Positions 1-11,689 of a stretch of DNA of 64,000 nt are shown piece after piece. The notes under the pieces are model-generated. The model saw nothing but the letters and a program-made list of their open reading frames with translations. It did no database searches and was not told where the DNA came from. The DNA lies in contig NC_086109.1 in assembly GCF_963921235.1 (NCBI RefSeq), positions 9,426,001 to 9,490,000 on the forward strand, read 5' to 3'. This DNA is from Mobula hypostoma (Eukaryota). How positions within the stretch are numbered: position 1 is the first letter of the stretch; each line of letters begins with the position of its first letter. Both the position numbers and the translations under genes were made by a program.

Positions 1-389
1 CTGGTTTGGCAGTTGCCTATTAATGGAGACTTCTGCAAACTTTCAGATCTTTGAACTTAAAGCAGGAATGTCAGAGAGTAAGAAATAGAACTGTTATCAG
101 GAATCATGAAACGTTGTTCTGGTTTCAGTGGCTCATTTTGTCTGTTGTGTTTTGGGTTCAACAACTGATCTAATTCCAACATAGATAAACACTCTAAACT
201 GCCCTATTGTGCGCATTGAGTCCAGAGGAGGTGTTTTAGGGAAAGTGTTGTGAAGGTGATGTTTTCAGAAATTTTTCAAGGAGACTGCATGATGCTAGAG
301 TGATACAGATGAAGACCTTGTTATTGTTGATGGAGCGGGGCCTGGTAGAGATAGGACACTTGCCTACAGTATTGGACAGAATGACATAT

Positions 390-660
390 GATTGGGTTGA
401 GTTGTTCACTGATCCTGGCAATTTACTTGCAAGTGTTTCGTCACTATGTGAGGAGACATTGTCAGTGCGCTGTTGATTGTGATGTGCCCTCTGAATTCTT
501 GCCCTTTATATACTTATAAATCAGCTGATTGGTCATCATTTCGGAAACTGATTGCTGATTGGCTGTGTGGCGAACTTCGTGCACTGCGGTCAGGACTACC
601 ATCAACCACCCGAGCTACACATCTTCCGAATTGTTTCCAGAATGACGTTTGTTGATGGCA
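390..660 (-). mobile_element. Penelope-like element 3' fragment (degenerate)
   Basis: Minus strand carries ctgacaatgtc...gacgaaac (a decayed hammerhead-like core) followed by a PLE-type terminus; boundaries approximate. Confidence 0.4.
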
Positions 661-1482
661 TTTGGACAAGGAAGGAGGAGCATGTCCCCGAACTACATGT
701 AAACATCAAAAATATTTTGAAACCCCTCAGCTGTGGAACAGGAAGATGTTGCAGCAGACTTTGTCTATCCAGACTTTGTCATGGATAGGATGCATCAATG
801 GAGGTCCAGGTGATGTGGATGTTAAGGAAAGAATCAGAATCAGGTTTATTATCACTGACGTATGTCCTGAAATATGTTCTTTTGTGGCAGTAGTTACAAA
901 GATAGTGTAAAAGATGTATGTAAAAGCAAAAATTATAGGAAGTTTAGTTTGTTGATAACTTTTTACTTGGACGTACTGCACCCTTGCTGCCCATTTATAC
1001 CCATGTGATACTCATAATGTGACAGTGTTGGATGAACACTTGGCTGGCTTATTATAGCTTTGGACTCAATACAGTATCAGATTGATTCCAAGAATGTGGA
1101 AGTTGCTGTGCCTGTAGCCGATTGATCGCGCAGTGAATCGATTGGGCCCCTGACTAACGGAGGGCTCTCTCCTTTCGCGCGGGCTTTCGAGTACATATGC
1201 TTTTCATCCTGGTGGGCCTGATTTGTCACTCCCACACTTGAGTTGAACAGCACGTACCATTACAATTGTGACTCAGTAAAAATGTTTAATTATACTACTC
1301 TGTTGTCGTTCTTGCTCTGCGCATTCATAACACTCAGTATAAGAACGGTGATGTAGAAGAACCAAGGCTTGTTTGGGCAGGCATGGGGATGCTGTGTGTT
1401 TTTATATGTATTCATCTGCATCTTTGAGTAAGTAATCTGTCTATGTAACACATATCATGCTGTTCTGTATTCTGTCTTACAG

Positions 1483-1669
1483 GTGACAAATGTGGATGAT
1501 GATGGTAATGAACTGGGCTCTGGGATCATGGAACTGACCAACTCTGAGTTAATTTTGCACACCAGGAAACGAGATGCTGTGAGATGGCCTTACCTCTGTC
1601 TGCGCCGTTATGGCTATGATTCCAACCTCTTCTCATTTGAAAGTGGAAGAAGATGCCAAACTGGGCAAG
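1483..1669 (+). CDS. FRS3: FRS3 (FRS2-family FGFR substrate) internal coding exon, PTB domain
   Basis: Acceptor ttacag|GTG at 1483 and donor CAAG|gttggt at 1670; 187 bp. Encodes VTNVDDDGNELGSGIMELT...AVRWPYLCLRRYGYDSNLFSFESGRRCQTGQG (IRS-type PTB domain). The exon with the myristoylated N-terminus lies upstream of the window. Confidence 0.9.
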
Positions 1670-2109
1670 GTTGGTTTTGTGCAGTTAATCACAATTATTT
1701 TGGTGAAAGTCTTAGATAGACTTTTTTATATAGACTTTTTTTCCCAACTACCTTATATTTTTGCCTGTAGCCACCTGGACTTGTGCTAACTGACCCTATT
1801 TACTTGAGGTCTTCCTGTATTCTAAGATTAGCTTTATTTGTCACATGTACATCGAAATATACAGTAAAATGTGTTGTTTGTGTTAAATTAAATCAATGAG
1901 GATTTTGCTGGGAGCAGCCTGCAAGTGTTGCCATGCTTCTGGTGCCAACAGAGCATGCTCACAACTCACTAATTTAAACCTGAATGTCCTTGGAATGTGG
2001 GAGGAAACTGGAGCACCCGGAGGAAGTCCATGAGTTCATGGGGGAGAATATACAATTCCTTACAGACAGCATTAGGAATTGAATCTTGATCTTACAGCTG
2101 GTGATGCTA

Positions 2110-3528
2110 TTTAAGAAAGGTGGGAGGCAGCAGAAAGGAAACTATAGACCTGTTAGCCTGACATCAGTGGTTGGGAAGTTGTTGGAATCGATTGGTAGGG
2201 ATGAGATTTCGGAGTACTGGGAGGTACATGACAAGTTAGGCCAAAGCCAGCATGGTTTCCTGAAAGGAAAATCCTGCCTGACAAACCTATTGCAATTCTT
2301 TGAGGAAATTACAAGCAGGGTAGACAAAGGAGATGCAGTAGGCGTGCTTTACTTGGATTTCAGAAGGCCTTTGACAAGGTGCCGCACATGAGGCTGCCTA
2401 GCAAGATAAGAGCCCATGGAATTACAGGGAAGTTACCAGTGTGGGTGGAGCATTGGCTGGTCGGCAGAAAACAGACAGTGGGAATAAAGGGATCCTATTC
2501 TGGCTGGCAGCTGGTTACCAGTGGAGTTCCACAGGGGTTGGTGTTGGGACCGCTGCTTTTTACAATGTATGGTCAATGATTTGGACTATGGTGTTAATAG
2601 ATTTGTGGCTAAATTTACTGATGATACAAAGATAGGTGGAGGAGCGGGTAGTGTTGAGGAAACAGAGCCTGCAGAGAGACTTGGATAGTTTAGGGGAATG
2701 GGCAAAGAAACGGTAAGTAAAATACAACGTTGGAAAGTGTATGGTCATGCACTTTGGTGGAAGAAATAAACGGGCAGAGTATTTTTAAGATGGGGAGAGA
2801 ATTCAAAATGCAGAGATGCAAAGGCACTTGGGAATCCTTGTGCGAGATACCCTAAAGGTTAACCTCCAGGTTGAGTCGGTTGTGCAGAAGGCGAATGCAA
2901 TGTTGGCATTCATTTTTAGAATATAAGAGCAGGGACGTGATGTTGAGGCTCTATAAAATACTCATGAGACCACACTTGGAGTATTGTGTGCAGTTTTGGG
3001 CTCCTTATTCTAGAAAGGATATACTGACATTGGAGAGGTTTCAAAGAAGATTCACGAGAATGATTCCAGGAATGAAAGGGTTACCGTATGAGGAATGTCT
3101 GGCAGCTCTTGGGCTGTATTCCCTGGAGTCCAGGAGAATGAGGGGGGATCTCGTAGAAACATTCGGAATGTTAAAAGGCCTGAACAGATTAGATATGGCA
3201 AAGTTATTTCCCATGGTAGGGGAGTCTAGGACAAGAGGGCACGACTTCAGGATTGAAGGACGTCCTGTTAAAACAGAGATGTGGAGAAATTACTTTAGTC
3301 AGAGGGTGGTCAATCTGTGGAATTTGTTGCCACGAGCAGCTGTGGAGGCCAAGTCACTGGGTGCACTTAAGGCAGAGATAGGTAGGTTCTTGATTAGCCA
3401 GGGCATCAACGGGTATGGGGTGAAAGCAGGGGAGTGGGGATGACTGGAAGAATTGGATCAGCCCATGATTGAATGGCGGAGCAGTCTCGATGGGCTGAAT
3501 GGCCTACTTCTGTATCTTATGGTCTTAT
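2110..3528 (+). mobile_element. CR1 LINE, 5'-truncated RT region and 3' end, nested in a SINE
   Basis: Frameshifted ORF2 pieces NYRPVSLTSVVGKLLE, SQHGFLKGKSCLTNLL, VTSGVPQG.VLGPLLF and RPHLEYCVQFWAP; tail tcttatggtcttat. Confidence 0.9.
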
Positions 3529-4950
3529 AGCATTATGCTAATGCTACACCACTGTATTCTTCAGAACATCTCTGTAAATTTTGGTTGCAGTATACACCAT
3601 CTGTACCATCCATAAGTGGCATAGTAGGGTAATGGTTAGCATAATGCTACTACAGCGCCAGCAGCCTAGGTTCATTTCTGCTGCTGTGCATTCTCCCCGT
3701 GACCATGTGGATGTCCTTCAGGTTCTCCAGTTTCCTCCCATGTTCCAAAGACACACAAACGGGTTAGCAGGTTGGTGACGGGTATAATTGGGTGGTGTGG
3801 GCTCACTGGGGCAGAAAGGGCCTGACACTGCTCTATCTATAAATAAGTACATTCCCTGCAGCTACTTGCCTATTAAAAGTCCAAATTTGGAGCTACTTCA
3901 TGAAAATGGTCACCCAATTTCCAGAAGTATTGAATAGGAAATACAATGTTCACATCCTAACGGTGCATTTTGAATTTGAAACCATTTCCATTTACTATGA
4001 TATGATCTACATGACATGATAAGAAAAATTACAAGCATAGTTTTCACAAAATGATTGCGATTGTTTGTGACTTTAATTCTCTGATCCCTGCAGCACATCG
4101 CAATTAGAAGCGCATTATGACCGAGGTGAATTTTGTTGAACACTTTATCATTTATGCTGTAACTTCTCTACAGTGTGATTCTTCTCATTTCTAATCCTAT
4201 ATAAATGATGATTTTTGCTTTGCACAAGTGAATGAGCTTTTTCTTTTTCTTTAGTTAATAATTTAGAATCAATCTCTGTAGCAAGCGGAAATTTGTTCGT
4301 GAAGCTTCTTTCATTTTTACATGTAATGATTTGTGAGCACCACCTGCTGTTTTCTGAAAGAACTGCAGAGAAATTTGTAATGTAGAACTGATTGTCACAG
4401 CAGGAAAATGCAAAGTATTTGCACTGTACCTAAAATTAATAACGTGTTTTATGTTTAAGTACTTAAACTCCATGTGTGGTATATAAAGCTATTCTTTTGT
4501 GGTGTATTGCATTTATGAATGGAATTTTATGCTGCACACATCGTTCATGCTGAACAATTATTTAAAAAGCTTAATCTTCTCTCTTTACAGTTCTGATCAA
4601 CAGACACAAAATACAGGAGTCACTCAGCAGATCGGGCAGCATCTATGGAAAGGAATAAAGAGTGAATGTTTTGTTTCAAGACCCAGTGTTGATAAAGAGC
4701 CTCGGCCCGAAACATCAACTCTTTAGTCCCCTCTATAGATGCTGCCTGACTTGCTGAGTTCATCCAGGATTTTATTTGCAGTGTTCAAGATTTCTAGCAT
4801 CCACAGAATTTCTTGTGTTATTTAAAATAAAAACTGATAGCTGATATTCAGTGAAGAGTTGATCAAATTCTGAATTTCACTGAGCATGTTCTCTAATTCC
4901 TTGAAGTCTTTTTCACAGTATGCAATTTCTTCTGTGTACTTATTTTGCAG

Positions 4951-5112
4951 GCATTTTTGCCTTCAAGTGTGCACGTGCCGAGGAGATTTTTAACCTTCTC
5001 CAGGAGATCATGCAGTGTAACAGTATTAACGTCGTCGAGGAGCCCATGATGATATCGAGAAACCCTCATCCGACGGAACTTGATTTACCAAGGACGCCGC
5101 AGACTCCGACCA
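4951..5112 (+). CDS. FRS3: FRS3 coding exon (end of PTB domain and PXTP cluster)
   Basis: ttttgcag|GC ... ACC A|gtgagt; phase 1-1, compatible with neighbours. Encodes IFAFKCARAEEIFNLLQEIMQCNSINVVEEPMMISRNPHPTELDLPRTPQTPT. Confidence 0.9.
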
Positions 5113-5692
5113 GTGAGTACTCATGGAGAAAGCTTTTGGCTTGACTGAGGTGGACAGAAAGTGGGCTTTAAGATTAATCTTATTGCGTTCCTTTTGATGC
5201 CCTGTTGCCATCTGCAACTGGCAACAATATGTACAGCACTGTAAAATCTTTTATATAGTAGCAAGTGTGCCCAAGAATTTTGCACAGTTACTGTATTTGT
5301 CAATGTGGAGTGGAGAGAGAGTTTGTAAATCTGGTGGGAGCAGAGGATGTTGGGAATGGTCAGGGTGGAGGGGTGTGGGTTAGGTGGCAGAGGAGGAGTG
5401 CCCAGGGGCAGAGGGTGGCACGGGTGCAGACACACCCGGCAATGAGACACCAGGTAAGATCAGTTGATTCCAAACAATTGGTTTACTGATCATTACAGAA
5501 TGTCTCTTTGGTTCTTCCCGCTCCCTCCCCTCTCCCTTCCCCTTTTCCCTACCATGATTCCTCTTTGCCTGCCCCCTTCTCATTCTCAGTCCACATTAGA
5601 GACTCATATCAGAATCAGGTTTATCATCACTCACATATGTCATGAAATTTGTGTTTTTTTTTGCAGTAGTACAGTACAGCATGAAATTACTA

Positions 5693-5763
5693 CAGTACTG
5701 AGCAAAAGTCTTATGCACTCTAGCTATGTATATATATGTGCCTAAGACTTTTGGACAGTACTT
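5693..5763. mobile_element. about 70-bp Tc1/mariner-type mini-MITE
   Basis: TA-CAGTACTGAGCAAAAGTCTTATGCAC ... GTGCCTAAGACTTTTGGACAGTACTT-TA; related copies at about 5231-5295 and 42617-42677. Confidence 0.65.
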
Positions 5764-7152
5764 TAGGAATTATTTTCAAAGGCCTAGAGATTGTATTGAC
5801 AGGATGGACACCTAAATGACAATGTTTAAGGGAGCGCTGATCAAAAGCTTGGCTGAAGAAGTTGATATTAAATTTGAAAGAAGGGATTGAAAGACCATGA
5901 GACATAGGGGCAGAAGTAGGCTATTCAGCCCATTGAATCTGCTCTACCGTTCGAACATGGTGATTTACAAATGTATTATCGGTCTCAACCCCATTCACCT
6001 GCCTTCTCCCCATAACCTTTGATGCCCTTACTGACCAAGAAACTATCATCGTCTACTTTAAGTATACCCAATGAATTGGCCTCCACAGTTTTCTGTGGCA
6101 GTGAATTCTACAGAGTCCCCACCCTCTAGCTGAAAAAATTCCTCCTCATCTCCTTTCTGAAGGGACGTCCTTGTATTCTGAGGCTGTGATTTAGAGTCTG
6201 GATTATTTTGCTGCTCTGATAGTGATGGACACCTTTTAGGCAGTGATTTAATTGGAAAATTGGGCAGGATGTGGAAAGCAATACTCCACGATATACCAGA
6301 ATTTTTTTTCAAGTATTGTGGAGACCAGTTGGGCAAAAACTTGGCAGGTGCCCGTTTTTTGTTGGTTTAAAAAAAAATGTATGAAGTAGTTGAGTTGCAG
6401 GGGAAGTACTCTCTTGTCCTTGCAAGGCAGAGTTTAAATCTCCACTCTGTTATTCCTTGTAGCGCCGTGAAAGAGGCTTCTGGATTAATAATTTGTGCTG
6501 TTGCATTGTCATCTCTTTGATGGCCTCAAGTCACAGTTCAAGTTTGTTGTCATGGGCACACATACCATGAGGATTAACTCTCTGCATCAGCAGTACAGGA
6601 CAATACAGACGTGACAAACGTAGATTACGTAAACTTCAGTTAAAATAAATTCTATATAACTCGACAAGGCAAAGTGAACAAAACCAAACGTAATGACATT
6701 AGTGCAAGTTGATGGAAATGTCATTTGAGTAGAATTGAAGTTTTTCAGGTCAGTTCAAGAACCTGAAGGCTGTGGGGGAAGAAACTGTTGTTGAATCTTG
6801 AGGTGTGGATCTTCAGACCCCTGCCTGTTGGCACAGTGAGAAGAGGGCATGGCTTGGATGGTGAGATACTTAATGATGAATGTCACCATCCTGAGACATT
6901 ACCTCTGGTAGTCAGGTTGTAAATCTAAATCCCAAAATTGATCTGACCCAGCACAACTCCTACCAACTGGTGTGGACCATTTTTCAAACGTGCATCATCT
7001 TCATGTTAGTGGGATCATTGTTTTTAAAGTTACAATAATCTTTGTACTTTCTTGGCATCTGGCCGGGTTAGAACAGAGAAATAAAGGTGAATTACTTTCG
7101 ATCGTGTTAGATGCAATTCTTCTACTAAGTAAAGCTGTAACTTTGCTTTCAG

Positions 7153-7319
7153 CCCCTGGTTTCACTGTGCCCGGATTTCCAAACGGATTCCCTTGTTACC
7201 CACCAATGGGAGATGGCTCCTCTCACCCTTCAACTCGACATCCTTCCATTGGAAGCGCACGTCTCTCATCAGTGGGGGAAGAGTCCACCCACCCTCTCAT
7301 TGTAGGAGGTGATGATCAG
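7153..7319 (+). CDS. FRS3: FRS3 coding exon
   Basis: ctttcag|CC ... CAG|gtgtgt; phase 1-0. Encodes PGFTVPGFPNGFPCYPPMGDGSSHPSTRHPSIGSARLSSVGEESTHPLIVGGDDQ, homologous to the FRS2/3 linker. Confidence 0.88.
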
Positions 7320-9044
7320 GTGTGTAGACAGAAACTTATGAACGGAGAAGCCGCTATGTGAAAGTAATCTTTTCTTGTACATAAATAAAATTAGTCAGTA
7401 ATGAAACAGTAAGTAATGTGCCGGAAGGTAGACATTTTTATAATATGGGAAAACCCTAGGCTTTGGGTATTATACTTGGAAAGTAATAGAGAAAATCAAA
7501 TTCTCTCCACTCTACACCTACCTCTAATGAGTGACATTGTGGCCGAGTGGACTGAAAATTAGATTTGTATTAAATGTTATGAAGCCAGGCAAGTAGGTGG
7601 CTTTGAGATGCAGATTAGCTATGACCAATTTAAATGGTGGAATAGACTAGAAAGGGCTGATTCACCTCCTCCAAATCCTGTAAGCTGGAAGGTGAGTAAA
7701 ATGGGTTGGGTTGTGTGACAAGAAGCTGGACTCTTGTTCAGGTAGTGTCGACTGCATACATGTATATAGTCCTGCAGTTGTCATTACAGGGGAGCATAGT
7801 CACCTGGGGTATGATTTGAGAGAAATATGCCAAATCTACGAGAGTGGCAATAACGGCATTCCTTGAATGCAGCTGGCTGATCACTACGCCAATGAGATTT
7901 CCAAAATCTCATGGAAACTCTTTCAGCTGTGAATATACTAGAAAAGACGCACAGATAGGATGTAAAGTGCACATCATCAGTGTGTGTTGATGTTTCCAAC
8001 ATAATAATTAAAGCCCTGTTAAACTTTTACACAGACGATTGTATCTGTTATCAAAGTTAACAACCAACTTACCACCGTAGATTTCTGTCCCAAAAAGGAA
8101 GATGCCATTTAACGTTGTTAAAATGTGCACATTCACTGATAAGTATGTGCTTAAAGGAATTTATTTTAATTGGAAAATTTTTTTTAAGACTTGATTCACA
8201 CTCACCATGTCAATGTCAAATTACGCAGCCAAAGCAACGGGACTGCGTGAGTTTCATAAGAGGGTTTGCACAATAGGCAGCTGGATTCTCAGAAAAGCAT
8301 TGTTTGTAATTGGTTAAAATTGCATTTTACATATTGACTAACTCTTAGCTTGAATTAAAACAGATTCCATGATAAACAATATGGACAACTTGAATCATTG
8401 TACATTTCTGCCGTCTTAATTAAAATTGGTAGTGTTAATAAATTGTAAGTCAAAGTAAAAGTCAAGGTAAATTTACTATGAAAGTACATGTATGTCGCTG
8501 TATACTAACCTAAGGTTTATTTTCTTGAGAGTAATAACAGGAAAATAAAATACGTTTGTACAATAGAATTTATGAAGCTAGGAAAGAATGAGAAAGAACC
8601 TATTCACAAAAGAAGACAAACTTGCAAATAAAACAATAAATTATACTGAAAACATGAGTGTAGAGTCCTTGAAAGTGAGCCTGTAGGATGTGAATTCAGT
8701 TCAGTGTTGAGGTGAATGAAGTTATCCACGCTATCCCAGAAGCCTGATGGTTGAGGGTAATAACTGTTTCTGAGCCTGGTGTAGTGGCTTCTGTCCTTTC
8801 TGCCCAATGGTAGTAGCAAGAGGAGAGCATGATCTGGATGGTGGGTGTCCTCGAAGATGGGCGCTGCTTCCTTGTGGCAGTGCCCCTTGCAAATGTGCTT
8901 AAAGATGTGATGGACTGGGCTGTTTCCACTACTTTTTGTAGGCTTTTCTGTACTTGGGCATTGGTGTTTCCATATCAGGCCATGATGCAACCATAGTCAG
9001 TGGCCATAATTATCACCAACCTTTTGTTGCCTTGTTTTCTACAG

Positions 9045-9995
9045 ATTCACACATACGTGAACACTTCCAATGTTGATGAGGAGCGGAAGAGGAGACCCTG
9101 TGTTCATGGTCTGCCAGAATCGCGGCCCTCTGTCTCTGACATGATGCAGAGCCACGCAAACCACTGCCCTGCAATGGAAGACAGATCTCCTCAAGTCCTG
9201 CTGCAGCCAGGTGAGGTCAAGTTTGTCTTGGGACCTACGCCGGTTCAGAAAAGAATGATGGAACTCGAAAGAATGGACAGACAAAAAGAACATGCTGAGT
9301 ACAACTGTGGAAGCTTGAGTTTCCAAGACCGAGATATTGTCCTGGATGGTGATGACCAGAATATGGTGTGTGCCCCTAACAAGATGACTTATGAGAATGT
9401 TAATGGTTTACCTATGTCCTCTGGTACAGGGCTTCGACGAGGTCGACTCAAGATGGGCGGGGATATCCAGAACCTTAATAACTGTGCTCATAGGAAGACA
9501 GCCATGCTGAACTATGAAAATCTGCCCTCTTTGCCTCCTGTGTGGGAGAGCCAGACACAAAGGCGAGAGGAAGAGGATTGGAGTGACTCTGGGACTCCCC
9601 CGCAAAATGGATACCACAGTAACCTTGACCCGCTGCGGAACTATGTCAACACGGAGAATGTAATAATTCAGCCTGGTTTACACAAAGTAGACTTCACAAG
9701 GCGGCGAGATTGCACTCCAAACGTCTTCAGCTTTGACTTTAAACGCCCGTGCCCCGAACAGAGGCAACTAAACTACATCCAAGTGGAGCTGGAGGGTGCC
9801 AGTGACTCGGACAACCCCCAAACCCCCAAAATGCCCAGCACTCCAGTTCCGCCGACTCCCACACGTAGGACTGAGTTTTACGCTGTTATAGACATTAAAA
9901 AGACAGCTGCTATGTCCAGTTTGCAAAAAGCACTACCAAGAGATGATGGCACGTCACGCAAGACAAGGCACAACAGTACAGACCTGCCATTGTAA
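9045..9995 (+). CDS. FRS3: FRS3 terminal coding exon (Tyr docking tail)
   Basis: ttctacag|ATT CAC ACA TAC at 9045, stop TAA at 9993-9995. Contains YVNT, YENV, YENL, YVNT, YIQV, YAVI and the family C-terminus LPRDDGTSRKTRHNSTDLPL. Confidence 0.92.
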   Translation: MHTYVNTSNVDEERKRRPCVHGLPESRPSVSDMMQSHANHCPAMEDRSPQVLLQPGEVKFVLGPTPVQKRMMELERMDRQKEHAEYNCGSLSFQDRDIVLDGDDQNMVCAPNKMTYENVNGLPMSSGTGLRRGRLKMGGDIQNLNNCAHRKTAMLNYENLPSLPPVWESQTQRREEEDWSDSGTPPQNGYHSNLDPLRNYVNTENVIIQPGLHKVDFTRRRDCTPNVFSFDFKRPCPEQRQLNYIQVELEGASDSDNPQTPKMPSTPVPPTPTRRTEFYAVIDIKKTAAMSSLQKALPRDDGTSRKTRHNSTDLPL

Positions 9996-10131
9996 GCACC
10001 GTCACTTTCCTGATTTAGTATGTTAGTCCAACATATTTTTTATATATATTGTGGGTTGGCTGCATTACTTGTCTAAAATTCTCCACTGCATTGATATATT
10101 TGAGATGCCACATTTTATCCATGAGTCTGGA

Positions 10132-10137
10132 AATAAA
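10132..10137 (+). terminator. candidate proximal polyadenylation signal of FRS3
   Basis: AATAAA about 140 bp after the stop codon; motif only. Confidence 0.35.
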
Positions 10138-10570
10138 AAAGCAGCTTGAATTCTTTAGTACTTAGCCTGTCCCTGTCAAGATTCCCTACAGAAGTCTAGA
10201 ACCAATGAAGATCCTTTGTTGGAATGTGGAAAATATCACCATGCAAGAATATCCACAGCAATTTCCCACAAACTTAGATAAAGTCATAGAGCTACAGAGG
10301 ATGGAAACAGCGCCTTCAGACCAAGACATCCTTGTTGACCAAGTTGTCTAACTCAGATAGTCCCATTTATGTCTGTTTGGTTCATATCCCTTTAACCCTT
10401 TCCTATCCATGTAACTATCCCTGTGTCTTTTAAATGTACTTGTACCTGCCTCTTCCACTTCCTGTGGCAGCTGATTTCGACTTTCTGTATGGAAAAAGTT
10501 GTCCCTCAGGGCCCTTTTAAACCTTTCCCTTTTAGTTAAAGGCTTTCCTTCTAAAATCTTTCCCTCTGAA

Positions 10571-11410
10571 GACCATAAGATATAGGAGCAGAATTAAGCC
10601 ATTTGGCCCATTGAGTCTGCTCCACCATTTCATCATGGCTGATCCATTTCCCCCTCAGCCCCAGTCTCCTGCCTTCTCCCTGTATCCCTTCAATCCTGTC
10701 ATGCCCTGACTAATCAAGAATCTATCAACCTCTGTCTTAAATATGGACAATTACTTGGCCACCACAGATGCCTGTGGCAACAAATTCCACAGATTCACCA
10801 CTTTGTGGCTAAAGAATTCCCTTCTGATCTCCGTTCTAAATGGACATCCCTGTATTCTGAGGCTGTGTCCCCTGGTCTTAGACTACCCCACCATAGGAAA
10901 CATCCTCTCCACATCCACTCTGTTGAAGCCTTCCAACATTTGATAGGTTTCAATCAGAACCCCCCCCCCCACCCCCCATTCTTCTGAATTCCAGTGGGTA
11001 CAGGCCCAGAGCCATCAAATGCTTCTCATATCATAAGCCTTTCAATCTGGAATCATTTTTGTGAACTTCTTTTGAACCCTCTCCAATGTCAGCACATTCT
11101 TTCTTAGATAAGGGGCCCAAAACTGCTCACAATATTCCAAGTGAGGCCTCACCAATGCTTTATAAAGCCTCAACATTTAATCCTTGCTTTTATATTCTAG
11201 TCCTTTCGAAATGGATGCTAACATTGCAGTTGCCTTCGTCACCGCTGACTCAGCCTGCAAGTTAACCTTTAGGGAATCCTGCATGAGGACTCCCAAGTGC
11301 ACTTGCACTTTGGATTTTTGAATTTTCTCTTCATTTATTTTACCCTTTTATTTTTTCTACCAAAGTGCATGGCCATACACTTCCCAACACTGTACTCCAT
11401 CACTCACTTC
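10571..11410 (-). mobile_element. CR1 LINE 3' fragment
   Basis: Reverse complement of the family at 2110-3528. Further fragments at about 5896-6190, 19200-19700, 21420-21860, 27170-28910, 32310-32740, 33480-34560, 49260-50300 and 59760-61040. Confidence 0.85.
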
Positions 11411-11651
11411 TTCTGGCTAAGCCTATGCCCTCTAGTCTTGAACTCCTCTCTCCGGAGAAAGAAGACTTTGGTCATTCATTCTGTGTCCATTGTGATTTTA
11501 TAACACTCTGGGCGCTTATAACCCTCTCAACTTCCTATGGTCCAGTGCTATCCAGCTCTCCTTATAATCCAAAGCAAAATACCGGAGGAGCTCAGCTGCT
11601 GTGGTAGCATCTGTGGAGGGAAATAAACAGCTAACATCTTGGGTCTGTGAC

Positions 11652-11656
<5 letters not shown>

Positions 11657-11685
<29 letters not shown>
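11657..11685. repeat. (TG)n microsatellite
   Basis: Directly visible; another (TG)n lies at about 37676-37697. Confidence 0.9.

Positions 11686-11689
<4 letters not shown>

Noticed and set aside
1050..1331. Possible solo LTR ending in ATAACA
   Set aside because: No convincing 5' TG terminus or TSD could be identified.
2086..3443. RT-like ORFs as a domesticated or novel reverse-transcriptase system
   Set aside because: Frameshifted, 5'-truncated CR1 with many sibling fragments in the window.
9000..9044. N-terminal part of the 331-aa ORF as a standalone gene start
   Set aside because: It is the intronic polypyrimidine tract; homology begins at the acceptor at 9045.
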